DNA of 61,889 nt, filler included, from Sphacelaria rigidula (Eukaryota), in the NCBI GenBank assembly GCA_964200075.2. It is 8 parts of 8 records of this genome, joined end to end, with 100 filler letters (N's around TTAATTAATTAA, not from the genome) between each part and the next. Parts side by side here need not be neighbours in the genome. Positions count along the whole stretch, not along the records: positions 30,997 to 38,645 come from CAXNAA020013939.1; positions 38,746 to 46,393 come from CAXNAA020013940.1; positions 46,494 to 54,141 come from CAXNAA020013941.1; 5 more parts are not named here. One strand, 5' to 3'. The number at the start of each line of letters is the position of its first letter. Position 1 is the first letter of the stretch. Below the pieces are notes generated by a model. It saw only the letters and a program-made list of their open reading frames with translations, did not search any database and was not told where the DNA came from. The position numbers and the translations under genes are program-made. Positions 38,292 to 49,800 of this stretch are shown here, in pieces.

Positions 38292-38645
38292 CACAAGCAC
38301 CGTAGGTAAGGTAGGTACCCGGTACCGGTACTTGGGACATCTCATACCCTACCGATACCGGTTCAATCCGGTATTTTCAAATGCCATACCTACGATACCT
38401 GCGATACCAGGGTATTCCGATGTTTCAGTACCTATCGTACCCGCCAGATCCGGTATTTTGAAATGTCATACCTACGATACCTACGGTACCAGGGTATTTC
38501 GAAATTTCAGTACCTACCGTACCCGCCAAATCCGGTATTTTGAAATGTCATACCTACGATACCTACGATACCACTGTAGTTTTAGATTCCTATCGTTACC
38601 GCACACCCCCGATCTTTCAATTTTAAAATCTATACCGACTATATC
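38292..38645. mobile_element. End of a DNA-transposon-like element with ~78-bp subterminal tandem repeats; same family inverted at 54311-54612
   Basis: Shared terminus CACA(A/G)GCACCG(T/C)AGGTAAGGTAG.TACCCGGTACCGGTA.TTGGGACATCTCATACCC, followed by repeated GGTATTTT.AAATGTCATACCTACGATACC units. Confidence 0.75.
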
Positions 38646-39384
38646 NNNNNNNNNNNNNNNNNNNNNNNNNNNNNNNNNNNNNNNNNNNNTTAATTAATTA
38701 ANNNNNNNNNNNNNNNNNNNNNNNNNNNNNNNNNNNNNNNNNNNNACAAGAGGGGAAAACAAGGGCAGGCCGGGATGAAAGACATGTGGAAAACAGGTGC
38801 TTTTTTGAATCAATAAACGAAAAAAAAAAAACGGTTCCTTCGTTCCTTCTCCCCAAACGCCCCGCGCGGGCTCTCCGAACAGCTTAACGGGTACGTAGGC
38901 CCGAGCACCATTGTATGAACCAGGGTTCAAATTACAGGAGAAGGGGGTTAATCATTTGTGAGCGTCGTCTCGGAACCGTTTCCCCGGCTGACAATCCAGG
39001 AACATGCGGGGGTTTCCAGGGTGCGGGCGGGTGATTTTTGGAGGCGTGTTCACCACTTAGTCGATGACGAAATTTATCGGAAACATCTTTTTTTAAATTA
39101 CGCTAACCCTGACCCCAACCCCAACTCAAGGCACACCGAGAACCCTCGGGCGAGCGGGGTGTGAGGCGTCTCCTAGGTGAAGTGCGGCGTCGGCAGACCT
39201 CAAACAGCGCCACAGGCCTCGATTTTGACAGAAGGGCGTTCTGCGCACGCGAGGGGCAGTTGGGGCTGTCAGCCCCGCTAAAAATTCGAATATCGATATT
39301 GACACTAAAATCAACTATTGAAATTCCGGAAAGGTTCTAATCGATCAAGCGGAAAACACTACTGAATTTCTGGCGGGTGGAATA

Positions 39385-39688
39385 GCCGCGCCCCGGTGGT
39401 GTAGTGGTCCGACGGTCGCCATTAGGGTGGAGAGAACGGGGGTTCGGATTCCCAGTCCGTTGGGTTTTTTCTCCGTAAAATATGATTTCCATCGTGGAAA
39501 GCGTGAGAACGGGAGTGAACAAAATGTAGTCGACTGGGTTCATGTGACGTGAGTTGACGCGGTGCGGGAGTGCTGATAGTCATGACCCAATCCGCGAAAC
39601 CAAAATAAAAGGCTCGTGCCAGTGAAGACATCAGTTGAACCCCTGAGAGGGTTCAAAGTGTGAGGAGGAAAAAAGAAAGAAAGAAAAA
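39385..39688 (+). mobile_element. Putative full-length tRNA-derived SINE
   Basis: GCCCCGGTGGTGTAGTGG (A-box) and GGTTCGGATTCC (B-box-like), a ~230-bp body and an A-rich tail. The cloverleaf is not intact. Confidence 0.55.
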
Positions 39689-41704
39689 TGGGAGGCTGTT
39701 CGAACAACAGCCGGAAAGCTCACGAGGTGAACCATGTGTGTTTGGAAGTTTCCCACGGAAAATTCTAGGCCAGGAACGAGGCTCGACAGGAGCGGAGTAA
39801 CCAGTCTGACCAATCACGGCCATCAAGATAGTTTCCTTGTTCTACTGGTGAAACGCGGGTAGACCACTTGGCAGTGCGGCTATATTTGATCAGAATGGTC
39901 ATGACCATCCAATCATGAACAACATACAGCAGTCACAGAGAGTGCTTGTTACACCACTCGTAGTCCTCGCTGCCTGCTGGATCCCTCGTGTATTGCCAGC
40001 ATAGCTTCATACTGTCTGTTGTGTTGTGGGACACTGAGCAGGGACATCGCCAGCGTGCAGTACACTCTGTTCAGTGAAGGGTGATGGCACGCTGAATGTC
40101 TCTTGCCGCTGTGTTCAACGACCGAAGATGATGAAGTTCGCATGATGTACGGTATAGAGTAGCAGCATCAGCTGCAGCATCCGCAGCAGTGACTAAAGAT
40201 GGAAGTACATGTAGTAGAGACGATGCGATATGCGTGCAACATATAAGCAACACAGTCCAGATGTACCAGCCTTGCAGTACACTGCGTTCACTGGAGAGCG
40301 ATGACACGCGGCCTGTTTCATACCGCCGTATTCAGCGGCTGATGCAGAAGTCCGCATGATCACATGTACGGTGGAGAATCAGCTACACACAAAGTAAAAG
40401 AAAAGGGGGACAGTTGAAACGACATGGCATGTGTGCACACCCTGGATGATGACGATTGATTATACTCTCGAAAAGTGTACTGCGCACAGCTTTGACTGTT
40501 GCGTCTATTTCAAGAGACAATATATTCCATACTGTACGCGGTATATATTTGGACAATGTATTCTATTGCCATCACCCAGGGTGTGCATGCGTGCAACATC
40601 ACCACGCACTCGAGACGTGCCAGGCCTGCCCCGAAAGCATGGGCATAGAGCACAGGATGTACATTGTATGCAGATATCGAAACAATATGGCAGAGGCCAG
40701 CCCCCCCGCCCAAGTCGAAGCTGACCAATATTGTTTATATACTGTGGTGCTTCAACCTATCAAATTTTGGGCTCTTGACGGGCTGTCGAGCGTATTCACG
40801 TTACATTTCTTATAAAAAATGAACTTAACGATGGCGGATGCGCACCCACGTCTTCTCTCCGGATACAGACCGTACAAAGCTTGATAATACACATCTCTCC
40901 GCCGCTGCTTTAGAAACAAGGTACTGTGCAACTCCGACAAGACCTTTTATGCCAGCTCTCAACGGTGTGAGCGGCTGCAAATTAAACGACAAGTAGTTTT
41001 TCTTGTGTTTGGGGAAACGCCCCTTGCTCGTCGTTGGACCATACCTCGCGAGTGGGCAAGGCTGTGGTGGCCTAGGCAGCGTGAAGGAAGGTTGAAAAAA
41101 ACGAAACGCGTATCCCTTGTTCTCGGTTCGTACTGACTGTGCATCAAAAGCACCCTACAGCTCACAGCTGTTACAGCACGCGAACCCACAAACACGTGAG
41201 TCACGTCAGCAGCAGCGAAGCCAACGCGGGACGTAGATGTGTCTTATTTTTTCATTGGGCATGCCAAAAGAATCTCGATGGTCGTGGGTGTGTGTGAGTG
41301 CGTGTGTGTGCTGTCGTCCCATCTATTCCGGACGCCGGTCTACACCTTTCCGTATATGTGGGCGCACCAGCCGAGGTGATAGTCGAGAGTTCTATATAGT
41401 TCTATATATTGCCGGAGTCATGATGCCTCCTCCCTCTACTTGCAAAAGGCTTGAGCTGCCGAACCCCCTCCCCCTCCCCCTCCCCCTCCCCTCCCCCCAT
41501 GCGTGAGACCTCATACCCAAAATAATGTAGCCGACAGAGATGAGCCGCAATCTGTTTTTTGATTGGGTATGAATCGGTGTGCTGTAACGTAAGACCCTTT
41601 CCACCGGAAGCCATGTTGCAGAGACCGGTCAATTACAGTTTTTTCTTCCATCTTCGTAATATTCAGTTGTTTCTTTGTTGTTCAGGAGGGGGATTCTGCA
41701 GCCT

Positions 41705-42185
41705 ATTACTTGCGTCTACTTCACCAGCCAGGGGGGGTGTTATCCGACGCATGAGCCATTTGCGGCCGGACACCAGGGAATCGGAAGATGTGGCCGGTAC
41801 AAATAGAAAAGCTACAAGCTACCTGAGTTGTGGCTCTTTCCGTTGTTCGTGAAGGGACCGAAGACACCACGGAGAAAATATCGTTCCATCCCCTCACCGA
41901 GTACGCGAAGGGGTTACAATTTACAGTCAGTGCCTGCTCAGTGCGATTGGCGACGCCACTAAACACACAAGAGGCATCAGTAGAACGTTTTCACTCCACC
42001 CTAATGCTTTAGAAAACACTCCACTCCCCATCCTCTTTTCCAGGATTAGCATCAACCCATCCCTGTCCTGGACATCCTCGGCGAGAAGGGGAGTTCTATC
42101 CCACGTGTGGGCCGTTTGCGGCCAGACAACAGGGAGGCCGAACACATGATGGGCACTAATAGAAAGCCTACAACTTACCCCAAGC
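41705..42185. repeat. Two diverged direct copies (~41712-41826 and ~42070-42182) of an interspersed repeat
   Basis: Both contain TTATCC/CTATCC...GCC.TTTGCGGCC.GACA.CAGGGA...AATAGAAA.CTACAA. Confidence 0.65.
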
Positions 42186-43707
42186 AGCCTCATTTTTCTT
42201 CCCCTCACGGGACTTCTGACATCCCGGAGAATATGTTTAATTGACTGATTGTACTCATTGATTGATTTTCGAACTTTAACTGACCCCCCGGGGGTTCGGC
42301 CGTGATCACAGAAAAACAAAAATGAAACACGCGCTGAAGAAAAAGAAGGAACAGAAAAAAAGTGATAATAAAAAAGCCAACAAGAGCAAAGCACGGGACG
42401 TGATACATCACTTGGATAAAAAAAGGTATTTTGGAAAAAGTGATTGCCTCCCAGAACTAACGACCCGTGAGTCTCATCGACAAGGATTTTTGTCCAGGAT
42501 CGAAGCCCAGATCTGAAACAGCTACAAAAATGCGACGGGTGTGGAAGCGGCCATTAGTCCATCTCTGTACTGCTGCGGACAAGACGCAACGAGGTGACAT
42601 CGCGCCGACACACCGAGCCACGAAAACCCACGTATAGACACCCACTTTTCACTTGTCTGCCAAGCCTTCGGCTATGCCCCCCGCCAACAGGACGTTTCGT
42701 GTTCCCGTTCGAGGCGTCACAAAATGACTTTTGCAAAGGTGTTTTTTTTATACTTTTTTGGGGGGGTGGGGTGGTGTCGCAGCGACTAGTCATCGGTCTT
42801 TTCTCACAAAAGTGATTTTTTCAAACGTGGTAATCACTTCCGACAAGACCCCGCCTAAAACTGATGAAAACAAAGTGTTTGGGTTGATGTTTTTTTTTCA
42901 TGCCCTATTCATTGTCCACAGCAGATTTCAGGGGCCAACTCTAAAAATCAAAGAATGGGCCATTCAGTAACCGGGTCGGTATACATTCGGAACAGTATTT
43001 TGCACACCATTTGCCGGCTCACGTTTGGTGTTTGTGTATTGAAATTTTGTATGGGACTTTGCTGGGCCGTAATAAACCAAAACAAGTGGATCAGTTTGCT
43101 CTCTACTTCCGTTCTTCACTGCTTTAGGGAATTTCATCATGGAAACGCCATTTTTTTACGAGATCGCCCGAACCTCTCCTGACAAAAATTGGAGCCCCCC
43201 CCCCCTATTTTTACGCAGTATTCCTCTGCAGTGTTATTGCTTTTCAATAATATGGAGGCGGTATTACTGAAGATTAGGCGCCCCAGCACAGTACACCAGG
43301 CGTCTGATGATACTGAAACTTGACGTATGTGTGGACTGAAGTCACAGGTAGGTGTTGACGCAGCAGTTTCCGCGATCCAAGGCGTTTTGTGCGCTGCGTG
43401 GCTCGAGAGGATGATTATGCAGGATGCTGCAGTGATTTCGAAAACAAGAACACCTTTGATGACAACTCTACAGGGGCGATATGAAATCCGCGCGGAGGCA
43501 GGAGTAGATCGTGCCACCCTTGTTGCTTACATCGGCCCCCTACAGGCTGGGCCAGCCTACAAGCGGATTTGTACTTTGCAGGCGAATTTTCGTTTCTTTT
43601 TTTAGAGTTGGAAAGTGAAATTTGGTACGTATGGACAATCAACAGGGCATGAAGAAAAGCTGTCTGTGAGGTCCCGAAGTTTTTGAGGTTTTAGTCAAAT
43701 GGCCTTA

Positions 43708-44165
43708 GGCTACTTCTCATGTATCGAAAAATAAAACTTGTTGAAAAGTGCATTTTTGGCCCTTCTCCGTCGTTTTTCCCCCGAAAAGAGGACTAGGCGG
43801 CTGTTGACACCTCGGAATGACTTGCTCTACTCGCCGAGACGGTTCCCGAGCACCTTCCCGTTTGCCGTAGGTCACGGTTTCGGTTTTGGCCAAACTTGCA
43901 TTTTCAATAACAAACCGTTAAGTTATCTAAAAACAGGGGGAAAACTGACTTTTTTGGTAACTTGACAGTTGGTTATTGAAAATGCAAGTTTGGCCAAACC
44001 GTGACCTACGGCGAACGCAAGGATGCTCAGGAACCGTCTCGGCGAGTAGAGCAAGTCATTCCGAGGTGTCAACAGCCGCCTAGTCCTCTTTGCGGGGGAA
44101 AAACGACAGAGAAGGACCAAAAATGCACTTTTCAACAAGTTTTGTTTTTCGATACATGAGAAGCC
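43708..44165. mobile_element. Foldback Tourist/PIF-Harbinger-like MITE, 458 bp, TTA TSD
   Basis: Almost the whole element is a hairpin (arms ~43708-43932 and ~43950-44165) with GGC...GCC ends. TTA on both sides (43705-43707, 44166-44168). Confidence 0.85.
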
Positions 44166-44544
44166 TTAACTCATGAAAAAAAAAAAAAACTTCGGGACCT
44201 CACAGACAGCTTTTCTTCATGCCCCGTTAATTGTCTATACCAAATTTCACTGTCCAACTCCAAGAAAAAAATGCGAATATACCTTTGAAAAACCGGGCCG
44301 GTGGAAATTCGGAACAGTATTTCGCAGGCCGTTTATCTTTATCGGCTCACGTTTGGTGTTTGTGGGTTGAAACTTCGTGCGAGACCTTGCCAGATCATAA
44401 TGAACCAAGAAACATGGGTGATGCTGGTTTTTATTTTACGCGTTTTAGTATGGTAACGACCATTTTTTCACGAGAACGCCCGAACCTTTCACAAAAAAAA
44501 AAAAGAATGCTCATTTCTTTTAACGCAGCATACCTCTGTCGTTC

Positions 44545-46325
44545 TCCATGCAAAGTTTCAAGTCACATTTCTAGAAATTGAGCTGAAAAATTGAGAGAAG
44601 GCCCAAGAGCAATTTTTTTATTTCTCCTCCAAACTCCCCTAAAAAACACGAAAACCCCCCGAAAAAGCTGTGTTTTGGGTTTCAAAATCCACTAGCGGTT
44701 CTCGATGCCAAATATCATATCACAACTCTCAAAAACTGAGACGCGATATCCAGATTTAGGCTATCTAGTGCCTCTGCACGTAGTATACTGATTTTAGTTT
44801 GGAAATATACGTGCGCCATATCTCGAGATAGATGACGAATTAGGTGAAGGTGAGGGTATCCATCGTCTCCCCGTGCTTCAGGGAAGGTCCACACCAAAAA
44901 TCGTCATCATCCGCTCAACCGATCGTTCGGAGTTTCATATAGGTTTTAGTCTGGACGCTATCTTCGCTAGTTACAGGACTTACGAGACATGGGGTTTAAT
45001 CAACGAGAAAAAATTGGCCCAGATTTTTGAGTAGATGGGCACCTTCCCCTTGATTAGACGATTGATACGGTATGCCAATCACGGCCCAACTCGTCTGTGT
45101 CGTTGAGAGACATCGCTTTGAGAGCTTAAATCCGTTTTCAGGCTGGCCAAGCTCGTATTGGTCGAGGCTGGCACCAAGGCCGGAAATAACCACCAGTTGA
45201 GGTTCTCCATGTGATAGAGGCAGATGACCCTCAGTTTTATACGCCGTGCCGAGCAAGACGCGGCCGCACAACGCAGCCAAGGATATGAGCGTCTTCTGTC
45301 AAGGGCGACTGCAGACCTGCTCGGGCAGGGGGCAACTTCTCCTCACTTACAGTCCCAGACTTAGCGTGGGCGTTACCACGACGGTCTGAAAACGACAGGG
45401 GTAGTTGCTATAGTTTTCTTGATCAGAGTCAATCAGATATTCTTGCGTGGTGTGCTCCCACGTGAAGACGTTTACCTTTCCATAGCAGGCGCGTGATCGC
45501 CCTTGTGCAAAGTTTTTACTTGGTTCCAGACCAGGACAGAGAGCGAGTTGCAATTTGATGATTTTTTCACGAATGGATCGCGGGTATTCTAGCCCAGTAG
45601 AGGCGTGGCTCGCATCGTACAGTCAGGACTACAGTACTTGATGTACTGCCACGAGGAACACACAGTGTTAACTTCGTCGGGTATCACCGTGCGCGAATAC
45701 ATATCGTGCAATGAACGCTTCCCACATTTGCGGTGATACGCATCCTTCCCTATCCGGCTGTCAAACGCGCGAAAGCTGGCCTATATCGCCGGGTATCCGT
45801 GCTGATGTGGAGACATCTCTCCCAAGGTCGTCTGCTCCTCTTGTCTCACCATATTTTGGGCCTTGGAATATGACCGTCTCACAGTGACGTCGCGGACGAT
45901 GAACAATACTTTCGGTACAATGCCTCCATAACATTGAAAAGAAACAACAGCCTGTGGTTTTTCATGCAAATTTGCAACTCACAGTTCTAAAACTTGAGCT
46001 AAAATCTCGAGATGAGGCCCAAGGGCAATGTTCATTTCTCCTCACAACTCCCCTGAAAGACGAAGAAACGTCGACATGGAACGAAAAACAGCTTTTTTGT
46101 CTTGTCTTGTTTTGTTTTGTTTTGTTTTGTTTCATTTCATGATATGCAATATCGGCTCTCCATCCGAAATTTCGTAGCACAACTCTCGAAAACAAAGACG
46201 CGATATCCAGATTTAGTACATCCAGTGCCTCTTCTCGTAATATATTGATTTTGGTATTGAACCTCATGTGCGCCGTATCTCGAGACAGTAAACAAGTGAG
46301 GTGAAGATGAAGGTATCTATCGTTC
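44545..46325. repeat. Diverged ~330-bp direct repeats at ~44545-44870 and ~45960-46325 (also ~42965-43185 vs ~44290-44495)
   Basis: Shared CACAACTCTC.AAAA...AGACGCGATATCCAGATTTAG...GTGCGCC.TATCTCGAGA blocks. The earlier pair shares CGGCTCACGTTTGGTGTTTGTG and CGCCCGAACCT. Confidence 0.75.
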
Positions 46326-46873
46326 ACGGATCGGACAAATATTGATTTGTCAGGAAATTTCTTGGTTTTAGAATGATGAGTCGACTCGTGACGNNNNNNN
46401 NNNNNNNNNNNNNNNNNNNNNNNNNNNNNNNNNNNNNTTAATTAATTAANNNNNNNNNNNNNNNNNNNNNNNNNNNNNNNNNNNNNNNNNNNNTATGCTC
46501 AAGTCGCACTGATTCGGTTAACCTGACAAGTTGTGGTGTTCTCGGGAATTGTTCTCTTTACAGCTGGACCAGCTCGTAGTCAACTCGAGATTTTCACAGT
46601 CTATCCCTGTTATTCAACGGGCAACACCTGTGCTTCCCTGGGTTTTGTTCTGACCATCCCGGGTATTAGAGCGGAGCCTACAGGTCTGACCGCAAAACAA
46701 GGGCGAACACGGACACCCTACAATATGTAAGCAGCGCTGCATGTACAATAGGGCAATGCCATCCCGCCATGAACAATGAGGCGAGTTGTCCCTGCCAAGT
46801 AGTCTCTATGGAAAAGTGACAACTGTATGCTTCCGAGTGCACGATGCATTCGTCATACTCCATCCACTCTCAC

Positions 46874-49800
46874 CTTTCTCTCGGATCATCGACAGACCAA
46901 ACAGATGTCGATCCACATCCTTTCCCTGTCAAAGCATCGAGCGGTTCGTGGTGATGCATTTTCGGCGACAAAATGCAGGCAAGAGGACAAAAAACAAAAA
47001 TATGCTGGCTGAAGGGCAAGGAGCAACACATGTACAGCACAGTAACCACGTTAAAAAAACAAAAAACAATACACCTGACTGTCTACTTCAAATTCAACAG
47101 CACAGCAATGCTCGTTCCGGCAATAAATTTCATCCCCTTATTCATTCCCCAGTCAAATTCATATTACAGGTGGTATCGGTAGCAAAAACAACCTCGTGTG
47201 GAATAGCTTACCAAGTTTACTAGAGCCGTCGGTAAAGGCATCCTTCGCCTTTTTCACGTTGATGACAGCAACAGATAACTCAAATTAATAAGTGAACACC
47301 CGGTTCCAGCCTCGCATCCGAACCCCATCACGTCTATATGTATACTTCGGAGTACGTGAAATACACATGCCAAGCTGAATGGGCAACACAGGGTCGCAAA
47401 ATTGGTCGGGGGCAGGCAAGCAGAGGTTACAAAATCACGAAAAAATCATCTGCGACGACATTACTGCCTGCACAGGTTGACACACTCGAGACATATGTCA
47501 AAGATGGAGCATTGTACCCTGACCACAGGACGACGAAAAGGGGTACCACTACAAGCCTCTGTTTTTACGAAATCGCACGAAAGAGGCTCATAAAATAGGG
47601 TGGTGATGTGGAGACCGGGTAAATTCTCCCACCACGAGTGTCTGCAGACATCTGATCACAGTCAAAACAGCAGGAAAGCATTGCCATCATAAGTGCGCGC
47701 AGCCGGAACGGGCGAACGCCGCAGACAGCCAATAATCGCCAGCATAGGTACCAAGTGAATCATGTTGAAATTCACTTGTTTGGTCGATTGGTAGATTGAT
47801 CTTTGCAGCCGTGCATTTTAGATGTTCCACTAACAATTCAGCCGTGGTCACCAAATTGACTTCTCTACCCAACCTGAAAAAAAATGAGGAAAAAATTCGT
47901 CACCTAGAGGGAACTCGACGGAAGTAGCAACACAAAAAGGAAAAAGAAAGAGAAATCACAATCCCGTGAACCGACGTGGACGTCAGCTAAGACCTACAGT
48001 ATACCTGCAGTGAAATACACCAGCCCCGAGAAAGAAAAATTACAAAGTCCTGTCGGGGTTCCAGGTACAAGACTAAGACACAATGCAGGCCCATGGAAGC
48101 AGAATTCGACTCGCTTTTTGGAGACAGCAACAATAGGGAGAGACTCCGAGTCACCCCCACGACAAATCAGCAAATCCCGACCCGACAGTAACCCGCCCCT
48201 CCTCCCCCCGGCCCTCGCCCATCGTCTTGAAATGAAAGCTCCTCATGCTGTACCCACCTCCGCCGCCGCCCTTGCATATTCAATGTGAGCCTTGGCGGCC
48301 GCCAACAAGAGTTCCATACGGCGCTTGGTAGGTAAACGATTCCCCTCTCGCTCCATGGCCAACACCCACTTCTTGACCGCGTTAGACACCGTCCTCACAC
48401 AAGCTGTTCGCCCGTGGAGGAACTTGTGAACTTGCGCCGGCTCGTAGGTTGCCCAGAACTCGCCTGGAGGTGAATTATTTACGTACCCGTTGGGGAGGGG
48501 GGAAGGGGAAGGGGGGAAAGGGCGTGATACCTTCAGTACGCTTAGTACTACAGCCTTTTGAAAAAACGATAAGGGTAGGCATAGGGAGATAGGTGCAGCT
48601 CCTTAATCGAGGCCCAGGTTTTGAGACTAAACCCGGACTGAATGACTTCGTACTGCATTGCCAGTGTTTGCCGCAGTTCGGGGAGAGGGAACAGTGGACG
48701 GCGTAGAGCGAGCGATAAAGATAAGCGGATGGACGTTAGGGCAGACCGTTGTCACGTTGAACGTTCATGAAGGGTGGCACTACTTCGCTCCCTTTCTGCC
48801 ATGCTTGCATTTGCAGAATTCGGAACAGATAGGTATAGATCGCATACTATGCAACAATAACTGCGATAGTGCCTGGGTCCCAAACTGGCGTGCAGCTCAT
48901 ACTTTCATAGTAGAAAAGAGGAGAGCATGACGTGACGCAAAGGACAGTTGAGTGCTTTCAACACCCTGGATGCACTGCAGGATCCCAAGATGCTCTTCGG
49001 CGGATCTTGCGCTTCACTACTCAGACCGGGGGTCATGCGCTGTGCGGGGGAGTGATGAACCAACCCGTCGAAGCAGTCTTTTCCAGTGTGATTCCCCGGA
49101 AAAGGTACAGCCGTGTAGATCAAAAGCTCGAGCGCCATAACGGTGTTACGCTGTCCAAACCCCCACCGAAATGCAGCATCACCTGTCATCTTGAAGACCG
49201 CAAGTTGGAGGGCCATTTGTGCAAATGCGTCCGGGCTCATTTTGAAAGTCTTGATCACGTCAGCACCATAGCCATCATACGACAGGACGTTCAACTGCAA
49301 GGGGAAGGGGCACCGTACAAGGCCAAACGTCACACGGGCAGCCATGAGCTGTTGCCTGTGGAAAATTCCACGACACCACCGGAGAAACAGTCAAAGCCAG
49401 CCGCCACAGACTTACCCGGGGTGATCTGGTGAACGACACTCTCTTGGTGTTGTGGGTATCCAATCAACATCCATCCAGCAACCCCTCAATGGGATAAGGG
49501 TTAGCGAGAGAAAATGAAACGAAGCAGGATTCCACTTACAGTATCGTGGGGGGATTGGATGGTGAAATCACTCATTAAATCCTGCCTGTCTACCTCATAC
49601 CCCAAGTACTCTCGCGCCCTCCAATAGTACCTAGCATAGCTAGCTGACTAACGCAGGAATGAACCAACGAAGAAAGTTACTGGCTAGGTATCAACAGTAC
49701 GGAAAACGGTTGACAGGGCTATGTGATCGACCGACACTCGCCTCATGTGCGTCGACAAGACTGTCAAAGGCAGCCTCAGCCACCGCAATGTTCCTCAGGG

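Noticed and set aside
47687..47872. Additional acyltransferase exon
   Set aside because: Exons 48463-48258 and 46925-46874 already join as AAAE|GKDVDRHL with no gap in family homology.
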